A DNA stretch of 64,000 nt from an uncultured Acidobacteriota bacterium (GCA_963828465.1 CAWHEU010000025.1:128001-192000); one strand, 5' to 3'; shown: positions 37,295 to 47,976, numbered from the stretch's first letter. Made by a program: numbers and translations. Notes: generated by a model from the letters alone, not told the origin.

Positions 37295-38386
37295 CTACGA
37301 CTCGCCGATTGGCAGCATCTCCAAGCCGGTGAAGGTCCTGTTAGCGAGAACCTCCATCGTCTCCGAGTTGCGGGTGTCGACGACCCATATGCCACGCGAT
37401 CCCGGGTAGGCGACGAAGCGCCCGTCCGAGCTCCAGGCGAGCTGAGGCACACCAGGACGACCGTCCGATTGGAGAGATGGGCCGCTGCCCTCGACAGGCA
37501 TCACGTGGATGCCCTCGGCGGTGAGGAGAGCGAGCCGTTGCCCGTCATCTGAGAATCGACCGGCGAGCACATCCTCTGATGGGGTAGCGGCCGGAAGCAT
37601 CCGGACTCCGCCACCGGCACTGAGCAGACCAACTCCCTGGTTGTCGACAGCCAGCCAGCCCGTGCCGACCGAGTCGAGGATCCGCCCGATCTTGGTGTCT
37701 TTGATCTCCCCGGCGGCTGTGAACAGGACGATGTTGGCGCGAGCATCATCCTGTACGGCAAAACCCCAATCCCCCCATGCCTCGACACGCCCATCGATGC
37801 CGACGGCCCGTGTGACTAGCTCGGGCACGCCGTTCCCCTGGTGCACCGCCCAAATCTGGAGCTCATCGTCGACAAAGGTGGTGTAGGCGAGTTGTGAGGG
37901 ACCGGTGTCATGCCAGGCGTATCCGGTGACGTCGGTGGCGATGATGGCGGCGTCTTGAGGGATCCCCGCATAGAGGACACCGGAGGGCTGGTCGGGAACG
38001 GGAAGCAACGAGGCGATGCTGCGTCCCGACAGGTCGAACTCGACCGGATCTGGGGGTCGGGAGACCCCGACCGGGATCGTCCGGACGATGGGCTCGCCAC
38101 GGACGGGCCAGACCAACAACTCGAGGCTCTGGCCGTCGCTGCGCGACACAGTGATCAGGCCATCGGGAAATCCGTCGATCACATCGCCGATTCCGCCCTG
38201 CTCCACACCCGCCCCGGTGGCCGTCGTGCTCGTGACCGCTTCGCCCGACGGGCCCGGCCGCAACACCAATATGGTCAGACCGGCACCCAGGACCAGACCC
38301 ACCACAAGCCATCCCAAGGCGGGTCGTGAGCCCCGCGGTTGCCGAGACTCACGGTCATCCTCGACGACTTTCGGTGCCGACACCAC
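37295..38386 (-). CDS. Membrane-anchored hypothetical protein, probable beta-propeller
   Basis: N-terminal TM, Thr-rich linker, WSSDGRFVAY/FSDDGQRLAL repeats; leaderless TACCGT-N6-GTG. Confidence 0.7.
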   Translation of the reverse strand: MVSAPKVVEDDRESRQPRGSRPALGWLVVGLVLGAGLTILVLRPGPSGEAVTSTTATGAGVEQGGIGDVIDGFPDGLITVSRSDGQSLELLVWPVRGEPIVRTIPVGVSRPPDPVEFDLSGRSIASLLPVPDQPSGVLYAGIPQDAAIIATDVTGYAWHDTGPSQLAYTTFVDDELQIWAVHQGNGVPELVTRAVGIDGRVEAWGDWGFAVQDDARANIVLFTAAGEIKDTKIGRILDSVGTGWLAVDNQGVGLLSAGGGVRMLPAATPSEDVLAGRFSDDGQRLALLTAEGIHVMPVEGSGPSLQSDGRPGVPQLAWSSDGRFVAYPGSRGIWVVDTRNSETMEVLANRTFTGLEMLPIGES

Positions 38387-38515
38387 GTCGCAACGGTACG
38401 CGTGAAACAGATATCTGAGGGCCGTTCCCGGTGACTGAGCCCGAAATTGAGTCTAAAGTCGCGCCGCGGCGTGGCTCCCTGTCTCGCCGCGCGTTTCCAC
38501 ATGGAGGAAAGAAAT

Positions 38516-39865
38516 ATGAAAATGAAGAGAGGCCTAAAGCTTCTCGCGCTCGTGGGAGTCCTTTCCCTCGTGATCGCCGCTTGCGGCGGCGGTGAGGGCG
38601 GAGACACCACCACGACGGCCGGTGGGGCCGAGACGACGACCAGCGCCGCCGGTGAGGAGACCACAACCTCAGCGGCCGGCGACACGACGACGGCTCCGGC
38701 CGAAGGCCTGGGCACGATCGAGGTCGCAGCAGGCGACCCCATCAAGATCGCGTCGTTGCAGTCGATCAGCGGTGAGACGGCCAGCCTCGGGACCGACCAG
38801 GTGCGTGCGATCGAGATCGCCATCACCGATAAGGCCGAGGTCCTTGGTCATCCCATCGAGCTCGCCTTCAACGAGGACGATGGCTGCAGCTCGGAAGGTG
38901 GTCAGACGGGTTCCACCCGGATCATCGCCGATCCTCAGGTGGTTGCCGTGATCGGCACCAGCTGCTCGGGCGCAGGCGTCCCGGCATCGAACGTGGTCAC
39001 TTCGGCGGGAAGGGTCCTGATCTCAGGGTCCAACACCTCGCCGGTGCTGACCTCGGACCTGGCAGGCACCGCGTCCCCCGAGTACCACGTGGGATACTTC
39101 CGGACGGCTCACAACGACGCCATCCAGGGAGCCGCCGCCGCAAAGTTCGTGTTCGAAGAGCTCGGACTGACCCAGGTTGCGACCATCAACGATGGTGACC
39201 CCTACACCCAGGGTCTCACCGGTGCCTTCGAAACCCCATTCGAGGAGCTTGGCGGGACGATCGTCCTCAGCACGGCGGTGACGGCCGACCAGACCGACAT
39301 GCGCTCGGTGTTGACCGAAGTCGCAGCCGCAGGTGCGGAGCTGATCTTCTTCCCGATCTTCCAGCCCGCAGGCGACTTCATCGCCGAGCAGGCCCTGGAA
39401 GTGGCCGGCCTGGAAGAGACGGTTCTGATGGGCGCGGATGGTCTGCTCTCGGACACCTACGTGACCCTGCCTCAGACTGAGGAGATGTACTTCTCAGGAC
39501 CGCAGACTCCGACCACTGATGCCTATGCCGAGTTCGTCACCAAATACACCGAGGCCTATGGAGAGGCTCCGATCCAGTCGTTCCACGCTCACTCCTACGA
39601 CGCGACCAACATGGTGTTCACCGCCATCGAGGAAGCGGCCACGGACGACGGCAGCGGCAACCTGACCATCGACCTGCAGGCGTTCCGGGATGCCTTGGGC
39701 AGCATGACCCACGAGGGTTTGACCGGCTCGCTGAGCTGCGATGACTTTGGCGACTGTGCCTCCCCGAACATCGACATAGTCCAGAACACCGCCGACCAGG
39801 CTGACATCGAAGCGGTTCGCGGCAACGTTCTCATCAGCTACTCGAGGGAGGACCTGGGTCTCTGA
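38516..39865 (+). CDS. livJ: Branched-chain amino acid ABC substrate-binding lipoprotein
   Basis: Lipobox IAAC, DDGCS, GTSCSGA, FRTAHND; SD GGAGG. Confidence 0.9.
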   Translation: MKMKRGLKLLALVGVLSLVIAACGGGEGGDTTTTAGGAETTTSAAGEETTTSAAGDTTTAPAEGLGTIEVAAGDPIKIASLQSISGETASLGTDQVRAIEIAITDKAEVLGHPIELAFNEDDGCSSEGGQTGSTRIIADPQVVAVIGTSCSGAGVPASNVVTSAGRVLISGSNTSPVLTSDLAGTASPEYHVGYFRTAHNDAIQGAAAAKFVFEELGLTQVATINDGDPYTQGLTGAFETPFEELGGTIVLSTAVTADQTDMRSVLTEVAAAGAELIFFPIFQPAGDFIAEQALEVAGLEETVLMGADGLLSDTYVTLPQTEEMYFSGPQTPTTDAYAEFVTKYTEAYGEAPIQSFHAHSYDATNMVFTAIEEAATDDGSGNLTIDLQAFRDALGSMTHEGLTGSLSCDDFGDCASPNIDIVQNTADQADIEAVRGNVLISYSREDLGL

Positions 39866-39883
39866 CCTGGGCTCCGCCCAATT

Positions 39884-39915
39884 GCCCGGCGCCGTGGACC
39901 AACACGGCGCCGGGC
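39884..39915 (+). other. Intergenic hairpin after the substrate-binding gene
   Basis: GCCCGGCGCCGTG-gaccaa-CACGGCGCCGGGC perfect 13-bp stem. Confidence 0.7.
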
Positions 39916-39944
39916 CCCGAACCAACGGGGAGGCCCGTCGCTAA

Positions 39945-41033
39945 ATGACCCAAGCCGCCACTGTCGAAACTCGCCCGGCACGGCGCGCCTCTCGAATCAC
40001 GCCGGTAAGTGTCTTTCTCTGGGCTCTCCGGATCGCGATCCTCGCGATAATCCTCTACGGGTCCTACCTCAGCATCTCGTCAGGACGGCTGAGCGCATCA
40101 CAGTGGCGAGACCTCTTCGTCTTCGGGATCTCCACCGGCTCGATGTATGCCCTGATCGCGCTGGGCTACACGATGGTCTACGGCGTCCTTCGCTTCATCA
40201 ACTTCGCCCATGGCGAGGTCTTCATGGTGGGGGCGATGATGGCCTTCTACGTGGCCAACGCCCTTGCGGTCACTCCGCTCTGGACGTCCAGCCCGGCCGT
40301 CTCACTCCTGATCGTCCTGGTTGCGGCCATGTTCACCTCTACCGCGATTGCAGTCATCATCGAGCGAATCGCCTATCGGCCCCTTCGGGGCGCCCCACGT
40401 CTCATCCCGTTGATCACCTCCATCGGCGCCTCGTTCACCATTCAGTACCTGGTCCGGGGGCTCGTCGGCCCCGCCACCAAGTCGTTTCCACGGATGGAGC
40501 CATTGCGAGGCACCTTCGAGTTCGGTGGATTTGTCATCCTCAAGACCCAACTGGTGGTGATCGTCGCCGCGCTGGTGATGATGGGCGGGCTCTACCTGTT
40601 CGTGGAGAAGACAAGGACCGGCAAGTCGATGCGAGCCGTCTCCGAGGATCCTGAAACCGCCGCATTGATGGGCATCAACGTGGACCGCACCATCGTCAAT
40701 GTGTTCGCCATCGGTGGCGCCATGGCGGGCGTGGCCGGCGCACTCTGGGGTCTGGTCTTCCCGAGCATCAACTTCTTCTCTGGGTTCCTCCCCGGGATCA
40801 AGGCCTTCACCTCGGCCGTCCTCGGCGGCATCGGCAACATCGTCGGCGCCATGCTCGGTGGCGTCAGTCTTGGGATCTTCGAGTCGGTCGGCCCCAGCCT
40901 GGTCCTCGCCGGCTATGAGATCCCTGCCTTCAGCCAGCTAAAGGATGTGGTGGCCTACGCCGCCCTGGTCCTGGTGCTCATCTTCCGACCGACCGGCATC
41001 CTCGGCGAGCGTCTCGCCCAGGAAAGGACCTGA
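39945..41033 (+). CDS. livH: BCAA ABC permease
   Basis: GYTMVYGVLRFINFAHGE, GKSMRAVSED, AVLGGIG. Confidence 0.93.
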   Translation: MTQAATVETRPARRASRITPVSVFLWALRIAILAIILYGSYLSISSGRLSASQWRDLFVFGISTGSMYALIALGYTMVYGVLRFINFAHGEVFMVGAMMAFYVANALAVTPLWTSSPAVSLLIVLVAAMFTSTAIAVIIERIAYRPLRGAPRLIPLITSIGASFTIQYLVRGLVGPATKSFPRMEPLRGTFEFGGFVILKTQLVVIVAALVMMGGLYLFVEKTRTGKSMRAVSEDPETAALMGINVDRTIVNVFAIGGAMAGVAGALWGLVFPSINFFSGFLPGIKAFTSAVLGGIGNIVGAMLGGVSLGIFESVGPSLVLAGYEIPAFSQLKDVVAYAALVLVLIFRPTGILGERLAQERT

Positions 41034-41036
41034 ACC

Positions 41037-42833
41037 ATGTCCCAGGTCATGGACCCACCTGCACCAGTCGAAGTCGAGCTTCGGCCGGCGCCGCCTCTCG
41101 ACATGCGAAGAGCAGTGAAGCTGGGGTTCGCAGGAGGTGCGGCCATGGTGCTCGTGGCCGCCACCGGGATGGTGGCCACCTTCCAGCCCCGGTTGGTGAT
41201 CGACCCGATCGTGCCGCTGGGGATCTTGTTTCTGTATCTGCTCGCCTTTGCCTTCGGCTGGATGGCAGGCCAGCCGCCGGCGACTCTGGAGGGCTACGAG
41301 CCGGCCACAGCAGGGGCTCGAAACGTCCTCGCCGGTGCACTGGCCGGGCTCCTGGGCGGCCTGTGTCTGGGTTTGCTCCTGATCGCGATCACCGTCTTCG
41401 ACCTGCGAGGCGTGTTCATCAACATGTCTCCAGAGCTGGCCGAAATCCTCGGCTTCGGATTACCGGTGGCTGCCGCAGTGTTCGTGATCGCGCTGGCGTC
41501 TGCGTTTATGGGCGCTCTGGGCGCGGGCGTTCATCTCCTCAGCAGACGGGTACGCCGGGCTTTGATAGGGGCGCTCACCGCCGTGATCGTGTTCTCCGTT
41601 CTCACCGACCTGTTCGGCCAGCTCTTCGCCGGACTGAGTCTCGAGCCTGTCATCGACTTCCTCTACACGGGGCGGGGTGGCGCCCTCACCATCATCGGAT
41701 CAGTGGTCATCTTCGGCGCGTTCATCGTCCTTTTCTGGTGGATGGAGGGGCGAGACAGCACGCTTCGGCAGCGGGTTCAGGCGATGCCCAAGGGCCAACG
41801 CTCCCGCTGGCAGATCGGAGCCGCACTGATCATCCTCGTGGTCCTGTATTTCGTGCCGAGGATCATGGGCCCATTCGTCAGCCAGATCCTGGTCACTGCG
41901 GGCATCTATCTGCTGATGGCTCTGGGCCTGAACATCGTGGTTGGCTACGCCGGGCTCCTCGATCTGGGCTATGTCGCGTTCTTTGCAGTTGGCGCCTACA
42001 CCACGGCCATCCTCACCTCTCCGCAGTCACCAGCGTTCGACCCGCAGATCTCGGTGCTCGCCTCCCTGCCGTTCGTCATGGTGGCGGCGGCAATCGCCGG
42101 GATCCTCGTCGCGACTCCGGTCATTCGAATGCGCGGCGACTATCTCGCCATCGTGACTCTGGGGTTTGGTGAGATCGCCCGCATCCTTCTCAACTCGGAG
42201 TGGCTGGCCCCCGTCTTCGGTGGCGCCCAAGGCATCACCAACATCCCCGACCTCCAGATAGGCCCGCTCACATTCAGCACCCCGCAGGATTACTTCTACC
42301 CCATCTTCTTGTTCGTGCTGCTCGCCGCATACGTGACGTTCGCTTTGCAGAAATCACGTTGGGGGCGAGCCTGGATGGCGATGCGTGAGGACGAATCCGT
42401 GGCCGAGGCGATGGGGGTGAACATCGTCACGGCGAAGCTCTCGGCGTTCGTTGTCGGCGCCATTTTGGCCAGCTTCGGCGGCTCACTGTTCGCTGCTCAG
42501 ATCGGCTCGGTCTTTCCCCATACCTTCGACATCGTGGTCTCGATCACCGTCCTGGTGATCATCATCGTTGGTGGCATGGGGAGCGTCCCCGGGGTGACTC
42601 TCGGTGCCCTGGTCCTCATCGTCCTCCCCAACCTGCTCCGCGAGTTCTCCGAATACCAGTTCCTGTTCTACGGCGTCCTCCTCATCGTGATGATGCTGAA
42701 GCGGCCGGAGGGCTTCATCCCCAGCAAACGGCGGGCGCAGGAGCTGCACACCGAGGAGCTGTCGCAAGATGCATGGCTCGAGATATACGGCGAGAAGGGC
42801 CAAGCCGAGCACGTGCCAGAGGGCTCAGTCTGA
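41037..42833 (+). CDS. livM: BCAA ABC permease with N-terminal membrane extension
   Basis: GLNIVVGYAGLLDLGYVAFFAVGAY, RGDYLAIVTLGFGEI. Confidence 0.92.
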   Translation: MSQVMDPPAPVEVELRPAPPLDMRRAVKLGFAGGAAMVLVAATGMVATFQPRLVIDPIVPLGILFLYLLAFAFGWMAGQPPATLEGYEPATAGARNVLAGALAGLLGGLCLGLLLIAITVFDLRGVFINMSPELAEILGFGLPVAAAVFVIALASAFMGALGAGVHLLSRRVRRALIGALTAVIVFSVLTDLFGQLFAGLSLEPVIDFLYTGRGGALTIIGSVVIFGAFIVLFWWMEGRDSTLRQRVQAMPKGQRSRWQIGAALIILVVLYFVPRIMGPFVSQILVTAGIYLLMALGLNIVVGYAGLLDLGYVAFFAVGAYTTAILTSPQSPAFDPQISVLASLPFVMVAAAIAGILVATPVIRMRGDYLAIVTLGFGEIARILLNSEWLAPVFGGAQGITNIPDLQIGPLTFSTPQDYFYPIFLFVLLAAYVTFALQKSRWGRAWMAMREDESVAEAMGVNIVTAKLSAFVVGAILASFGGSLFAAQIGSVFPHTFDIVVSITVLVIIIVGGMGSVPGVTLGALVLIVLPNLLREFSEYQFLFYGVLLIVMMLKRPEGFIPSKRRAQELHTEELSQDAWLEIYGEKGQAEHVPEGSV

Positions 42834-43618
42834 TGCCGATTCTCGAGATTCAAGGGCTGAACAAGGCATTCGGCGGGCTACGCGCCATCAACGGCTTGGA
42901 GTTGCATGTCGAGGAGGGCGAGGTAGTCAGCGTCATCGGGCCAAATGGGGCCGGGAAGACAACCTTTTTCAACCTGGTCACCGGGATGGAGACGCCGGAC
43001 GAGGGCTCGATCGTCTTCGACGGGCAAGACGTCGTGGGACTCCGTCCCAACCAGATCCTGAAGCTGGGCATGGCACGGACCTTCCAGAATGTGCGCCTCT
43101 TCCCCGCCATGACCGTCCTCGAGAACGTGATGGTCGGCCAGCACTCCCGCACCAAGGCCGGTCTGTTCGGGGCCATTTTCAAGACGCCCTCTCAGCGCAG
43201 GGAGGAGATTGAGATCGAGGAGAGGGCTAAAGAGGTGCTGTCCTTCTTCGGCACCAGGCTGGCCGGCTACCGCCACGACCAGCTCTCTATGGTCCTGTCG
43301 TATGCCAACCGCCGCCGTCTCGAGATCGCACGGGCCATGGCAACCAGCCCGCGTCTTCTGCTCCTCGACGAGCCGACAGCGGGGATGAACCCTCGAGAAA
43401 CGATCGAGTTGACCGAACTGATCGGCCGGTTGAGGAGCGAGCGGGGGTACACCATCGTCCTCATCGAGCACGACATGCAGGTGGTCCGAAACGTGTCCGA
43501 TCGGGTAGTGGTGCTCGACCATGGGGTCAAGCTGACCGAAGGCTCATATGACGAGGTGTCCACCAACGAGAAGGTGATCGAGGCCTACCTGGGACGACCG
43601 GCGGAACTGGGCGCATGA
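42833..43618 (+). CDS. livG: BCAA ABC ATPase
   Basis: GPNGAGKTT, RTFQNVRLF, LDEPTAG; TGATG overlap. Confidence 0.93.
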   Translation: MPILEIQGLNKAFGGLRAINGLELHVEEGEVVSVIGPNGAGKTTFFNLVTGMETPDEGSIVFDGQDVVGLRPNQILKLGMARTFQNVRLFPAMTVLENVMVGQHSRTKAGLFGAIFKTPSQRREEIEIEERAKEVLSFFGTRLAGYRHDQLSMVLSYANRRRLEIARAMATSPRLLLLDEPTAGMNPRETIELTELIGRLRSERGYTIVLIEHDMQVVRNVSDRVVVLDHGVKLTEGSYDEVSTNEKVIEAYLGRPAELGA

Positions 43619-44342
43619 CCACCAACGGCGCGCCCCAATCCTCTCCCTCAAAGGGGTGAACACCCACTACGGGGCGGCTCACATCCTGAAAGACGTCGAC
43701 ATCGACATCCACGCCGGCGAGATGGTCTGTCTGCTCGGGGGCAACGCATCAGGGAAGACCACGACTCTGAAGACGATGCTCGGTTATCTGAGGCCGTCGT
43801 CGGGGGCGGTTTACATGGACGGCGAGAACGTGAACAGCTGGAGCACGGCACAGCGTGTCGGACACGGGCTGACCATGGTCCCCGAGAACAGACGTCTCTT
43901 CAAGCGGATGACCGTGAGGGAGAACCTCGAGATCGGCGCCTACCTCCGTCAGAGCGACGATCTCGATGCTGACTACGAGCGGGTGTTCGAGATGTTCCCC
44001 CGCGTCAAGGAGCGACTCAGCCAGAAAGCGGGGACGCTGTCCGGTGGTGAGCAGCAGATGGTGGCCATGGGGCGAGCCCTCATGGCACAGCCGAAGGTTC
44101 TGCTGATGGATGAGCCCTCGATGGGACTGGCGCCGGTGCTGGTGGCCCAGAACTTCGAGATCATCGAACAAATCAACAAAGCCGGAGTAACCGTGTTCGT
44201 GGTCGAGCAGAACGCAAATATGGCGCTCTCGATCGCCGACCGGGGTTACGTGCTCCAGACCGGGAAGATCGTGCTCAGCGACACCTCACAGGCCTTGCTG
44301 GCCAACCCTCAGATGAGAGCGGCCTATCTAGGCGACGTCTGA
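43615..44342 (+). CDS. livF: BCAA ABC ATPase; probable 1-bp error near the start
   Basis: GGNASGKTT, LSGGEQQM, DEPSMGL; ATGA start at 43615 is one base out of frame. Confidence 0.9.
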
Positions 44343-45569
44343 TCCGACGGATCGAGGATCGCCGGCTCGTCCGTCAACGAGTGAAGGAAGCTCCTGAGTG
44401 TCGAACAGCCGGCTCTGGCTGGGTTGTCGGCGCCTGATCCCCGCGATCCGATCCGGCGGCTCGGTGTACTCGATCATGTGCTGGCTGGCCTCGCCCCAGG
44501 TCTCGCCCAGGACCCGGGTCCGCCACAGATGGCCAATGATGATCCTCACCGCTGCGGTCATCGGCACTGCGACGAGAACCCCGAGCAAGCCCGCCACCGT
44601 CCCTCCGATTATCAAGGCGAGCACGATGACGAGGGGAGAAAGATTGACCCTTGTCCGCTGCACCATGGGAGTAATGACGTGATTGTCGACCTGCTGGATG
44701 GCGATCATGATCAGGACCGCCCAGATCGCCTGAGTCACGCTGCCGTTTAGCAGAGCGACGAGGACTGCCAGGGCGCCACCGACCACCGGGCCCATGAAAG
44801 GGATCAGATTCAGGAATCCGGCGATGATTCCGATCAGCAGCCAGAACGGCAGGTCGATGAGCCACATGCCCAGGCTGGAGGCGGCTCCAACGATGATTGC
44901 CACCAAGAGCTGCCCACGAACGAAAGAGCTGAGGGCGGTGCCCACCTCCCCCGACACGAAGGCGAACTCCTCGCGATGACGGGGAGGTGTCATTCCCAGG
45001 GTATTGGCCTTGAACCTCTCCAGGTCGATCAGGAGGTATAGGGCGAGTACCGGCGCGAGACCGAGCACGGCGACCGCCTCGGCAAAGCCACGGATCACTT
45101 GCCCCGCCCCCGCCCCGAAGCCGAGAAGCAGGTTTTGCACGGTCTCCTGATTGGCCGGATCGTTGAGCCAATCCTCGATGGCCTGCTGGCTGAGCAATTC
45201 GTCGACGTCCAGCCCGATGCTGGCGCCGACGTCACGGACCCAATTGATCCCGGCCAGGTAGAGATCGGGGAGCCTCTGACCGAACTCCGCCGCCTGCGCC
45301 CTGATGGTGGGGAAGACGAGGGCACCCACGGCGATCACCAGACCGATCATCGCCAACAGGGCGAGGACCACCGCAACGGGACGCGGCATTCTTCGCTCGA
45401 GAAACCGCACGAACGGCTCGAGGAGGAAGACGATGCCGGCGCCGAATGCGATCGGGAGCCAGATCACCCTGACCGACCCGGCCACATAGAGGAGGACATA
45501 GCCGAGGGCAACGACCCCCACCGCGATCCAAACGATCAAGGCGACTCGTCTCAGCCGTTCTGAGGGCAC
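44328..45569 (-). CDS. AI-2E family transporter
   Basis: FVRGQLLVA, LIPFMGP, QQVDNHVITP. Confidence 0.9.
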   Translation of the reverse strand: MPSERLRRVALIVWIAVGVVALGYVLLYVAGSVRVIWLPIAFGAGIVFLLEPFVRFLERRMPRPVAVVLALLAMIGLVIAVGALVFPTIRAQAAEFGQRLPDLYLAGINWVRDVGASIGLDVDELLSQQAIEDWLNDPANQETVQNLLLGFGAGAGQVIRGFAEAVAVLGLAPVLALYLLIDLERFKANTLGMTPPRHREEFAFVSGEVGTALSSFVRGQLLVAIIVGAASSLGMWLIDLPFWLLIGIIAGFLNLIPFMGPVVGGALAVLVALLNGSVTQAIWAVLIMIAIQQVDNHVITPMVQRTRVNLSPLVIVLALIIGGTVAGLLGVLVAVPMTAAVRIIIGHLWRTRVLGETWGEASQHMIEYTEPPDRIAGIRRRQPSQSRLFDTQELPSLVDGRAGDPRSVGSDVA

Positions 45570-45605
45570 GTTTCGAGTGTAACGAGTGGTCCGATGGGCG
45601 GGCTT

Positions 45606-46466
45606 CTAGCCCTCGCTGACCGTCAGGGAAGACCCTTCTCCGACCGAGATGACCCAGCCGGCGCCGGCCGTAGGACTCTCGTAACCATCGTTCGTCGGTG
45701 CCCAGCCGGGCGGCACCGTCGCCTCACCCACCACCCGTGCCGGGACTCCTGGCGGAAGACTGATCTCGAAGACGCCGGAAACGGTCACCACGATGTTCTC
45801 TGCAGCCGCACCCAGCGCCGCCGAGCCTGCCCCGTCGATCTGTAAAGAGGCGAGTCGGAGGCGACTCAGATCCGCCTCGATCTCTCCAGCCAGGGAGAGA
45901 CTCCACATCGGGGCCTCGTCGAGATCGAGCTCCCACCCGGCAAACGTGTACAGGCCTGGGTCGGGCGAGGGCTCGAGGGCGACCGCGATGTTGGGTCCCT
46001 GGAGTTGCTCGTTGCCCACCGGCGGCCCGATTTCCCCGCCACGTCTCACCGGCTCCACGGCGTAGAGGAACCCCGATTGGCCCGACCCGACCTCGAGCTG
46101 CCCGTCGATCCGGGCGGATAGGGCACCGGTCGACACCGAGCCCGCTTGCGGGCCGTTTAGAACAGTCGCGGCGGATGGCATCGCCGCCCATCCCAGGATG
46201 TGGCCTGTGATGAACGCTCCGAGGACCAGCACCGAGACAATCGCCACCAACGCTGACACACGCACCCGCCCCCATCGCCTGCCCCGGGCCAGAAAGGCGA
46301 GCACCACCAACACCAGCCACACCGGCCACCAGGCGATCAGGTCGACCAACACGGAGCGGCTAAGGATGCCGAGCGAGATGGCGATGAGGATCATGACCAA
46401 GGCGAGCACCGGCAGGATCCACACCTTTGGCACGCCGCGGCGTGAGCCACCGGCGATATGGGTCAT
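45606..46466 (-). CDS. Hypothetical membrane protein (LiaF/DUF5668-like N-terminus)
   Basis: Three TM helices with WWPV, then beta-rich domain. Confidence 0.65.
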   Translation of the reverse strand: MTHIAGGSRRGVPKVWILPVLALVMILIAISLGILSRSVLVDLIAWWPVWLVLVVLAFLARGRRWGRVRVSALVAIVSVLVLGAFITGHILGWAAMPSAATVLNGPQAGSVSTGALSARIDGQLEVGSGQSGFLYAVEPVRRGGEIGPPVGNEQLQGPNIAVALEPSPDPGLYTFAGWELDLDEAPMWSLSLAGEIEADLSRLRLASLQIDGAGSAALGAAAENIVVTVSGVFEISLPPGVPARVVGEATVPPGWAPTNDGYESPTAGAGWVISVGEGSSLTVSEG

Positions 46467-47023
46467 TCCGTATATCCGGTGCCCAGCACCAGCACTACGT
46501 CCGCACCCGCCCCCACCTCAGGATCGGGTATGGGCTCCACCTGCGCCCCAGGCAGGAACGCGAGAAGGGCGTTGGCCTCCGCAGCAAATCCCTCCCTGAA
46601 CCAGAGGCGAGATGAATCCTGTTGTGGCTCGAGATCATCGGCCTGCTGGGTCTGATACCCGGCATCAGCCAACTGCTGCGTCATCCGACCTCCAGCGCCA
46701 TCCAAGCCGATCGAGTTCAGGACGATGACCCTTATCTCCCGGGGAGTTCGGACGGGCACCGTGGTCGTGCTATTGGTCGGGGCCGTGGTGGTGACTGAGG
46801 GCGCGGTGGTGTTGGTGGTCGATGGGCCGCTGGAGCCGATGACGCTGCTGGGTGTCGTCGTCGGGACTGTGGTCTCTCCGGCGACGGGATCGGGATCGCC
46901 GGCGAAGAGATAGAGAAGGAGGAAGACGGCGGCCCCGACCAGGAGGATGCCGACGACCATCATCGTGAGTTGCCTGTAGAAGGACGTACCACTATCGGCG
47001 GCGGCATGACGACCGCGGTTCAC
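46463..47023 (-). CDS. LytR C-terminal domain protein
   Basis: TM, Thr-rich linker, RVIVLNSIGLDGAG, ADVVLVLG; GTGA overlap. Confidence 0.82.
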   Translation of the reverse strand: MNRGRHAAADSGTSFYRQLTMMVVGILLVGAAVFLLLYLFAGDPDPVAGETTVPTTTPSSVIGSSGPSTTNTTAPSVTTTAPTNSTTTVPVRTPREIRVIVLNSIGLDGAGGRMTQQLADAGYQTQQADDLEPQQDSSRLWFREGFAAEANALLAFLPGAQVEPIPDPEVGAGADVVLVLGTGYTE

Positions 47024-47253
47024 GATGCTGCCTCCCCTGAAGCAGGTTCGCGCTCGATCATGGAGGTGACCCGGGCCACGGTGAGAGGATCGAATCGGGA
47101 TGCCTCGGGTAGGGACACGATCCTGATCAGGTGCTCGTAGTAGGCGGCGGCGGGCAGACCGAGACGCAGCTCGATGGCCTGATCCTTCGGACCAGGCTCC
47201 AGCCACCAGCCACGCTCGAACTCGAGGATGGATCGATCCTCAGCACTCAGCAT
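47020..47253 (-). CDS. DUF3263 family protein
   Basis: ILEFERGWW...KDQAI...AYYEHL...FDPLTV; leaderless TACCCT-N7-ATG. Confidence 0.85.
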   Translation of the reverse strand: MLSAEDRSILEFERGWWLEPGPKDQAIELRLGLPAAAYYEHLIRIVSLPEASRFDPLTVARVTSMIEREPASGEAAS

Positions 47254-47433
47254 GTTGGTGAGGGTATTTGTGGACCCGTGATTAGTTGAGGATTTGGCTC
47301 GCTGGCCACATTGACCTCCCGTCTCGACTGGACCACGATGCCTGAACATGTCTGGGCTCCATACGCAGCCTTTGATCGGCGACATGGAGGCAGTTGGGGA
47401 ACGGCACACCCGTTGTCGACCTCAAACCAGAGA

Positions 47434-47448
47434 TTGCCCTGAGGGCAA
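47434..47448. promoter_or_regulatory. Perfect palindrome, candidate operator
   Basis: TTGCCCT-G-AGGGCAA about 30 nt upstream of the DUF1801 start. Confidence 0.4.
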
Positions 47449-47477
47449 AGGCTGACTAATGGAAAGGAGAACATGCG

Positions 47478-47879
47478 ATGGCGAAAACACGCAAGCCAAA
47501 TACGACCCGAAAGCCGCCTGTGCCATCGGAGAGTCACGCCGAGATCGAGGATTGGATCCGGAGCCAGATGCCGGATCTGCAGCCCATCGTCAAAGGGGTC
47601 GACGAATTGATCCGCGAGATGATCTCCGGGCTTCAGTACGCCATCAAGTGGAAGAAGGCTTACTACGGGTTACCAGACCTCGGGTGGATCGTCGAGATGG
47701 TCGCCTACGACGTTTCGGTGAATGTCGTCTTCTTCGGCGGCGCGGATTTCGACCCTCAGCCGCCACTAGGAGACACCGACCGGAGTCGCTACGTCAAGCT
47801 GGCGACCCTGGAGAAGGCGCAGGAACCGGAGATGCACAAGTGGATCGAGCAAGCGGGGCGCGTCCCGGGTTGGAAATGA
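47478..47879 (+). CDS. DUF1801 family protein
   Basis: LQYAIKWKKAYYG, RSRYVKL, WIEQA; SD AAAGGAG. Confidence 0.82.
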   Translation: MAKTRKPNTTRKPPVPSESHAEIEDWIRSQMPDLQPIVKGVDELIREMISGLQYAIKWKKAYYGLPDLGWIVEMVAYDVSVNVVFFGGADFDPQPPLGDTDRSRYVKLATLEKAQEPEMHKWIEQAGRVPGWK

Positions 47880-47900
47880 GTCTGTTTCCCTGGTACTTAT

Positions 47901-47976
47901 TGGAGCCGGGTACCGGAATCGAACCGATGACCTGCTGTTTACAAGACAGCTGCTCTACCAACTGAGCTAACCCGGC
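47901..47976 (-). tRNA. tRNA-Thr (TGT)
   Basis: GCCGGGTTAGCTCAGTTGGTAGAGCAGCTGTCTTGTAAACAGCAGGTCATCGGTTCGATTCCGGTACCCGGCTCCA; cloverleaf, encoded CCA; TACAAT box upstream. Confidence 0.97.

Noticed and set aside
47270-47280. attL/attR duplicate of the tRNA-Thr 3' end
   Set aside because: TGGACCCG versus TGGAGCCG is too short and imperfect to be significant.
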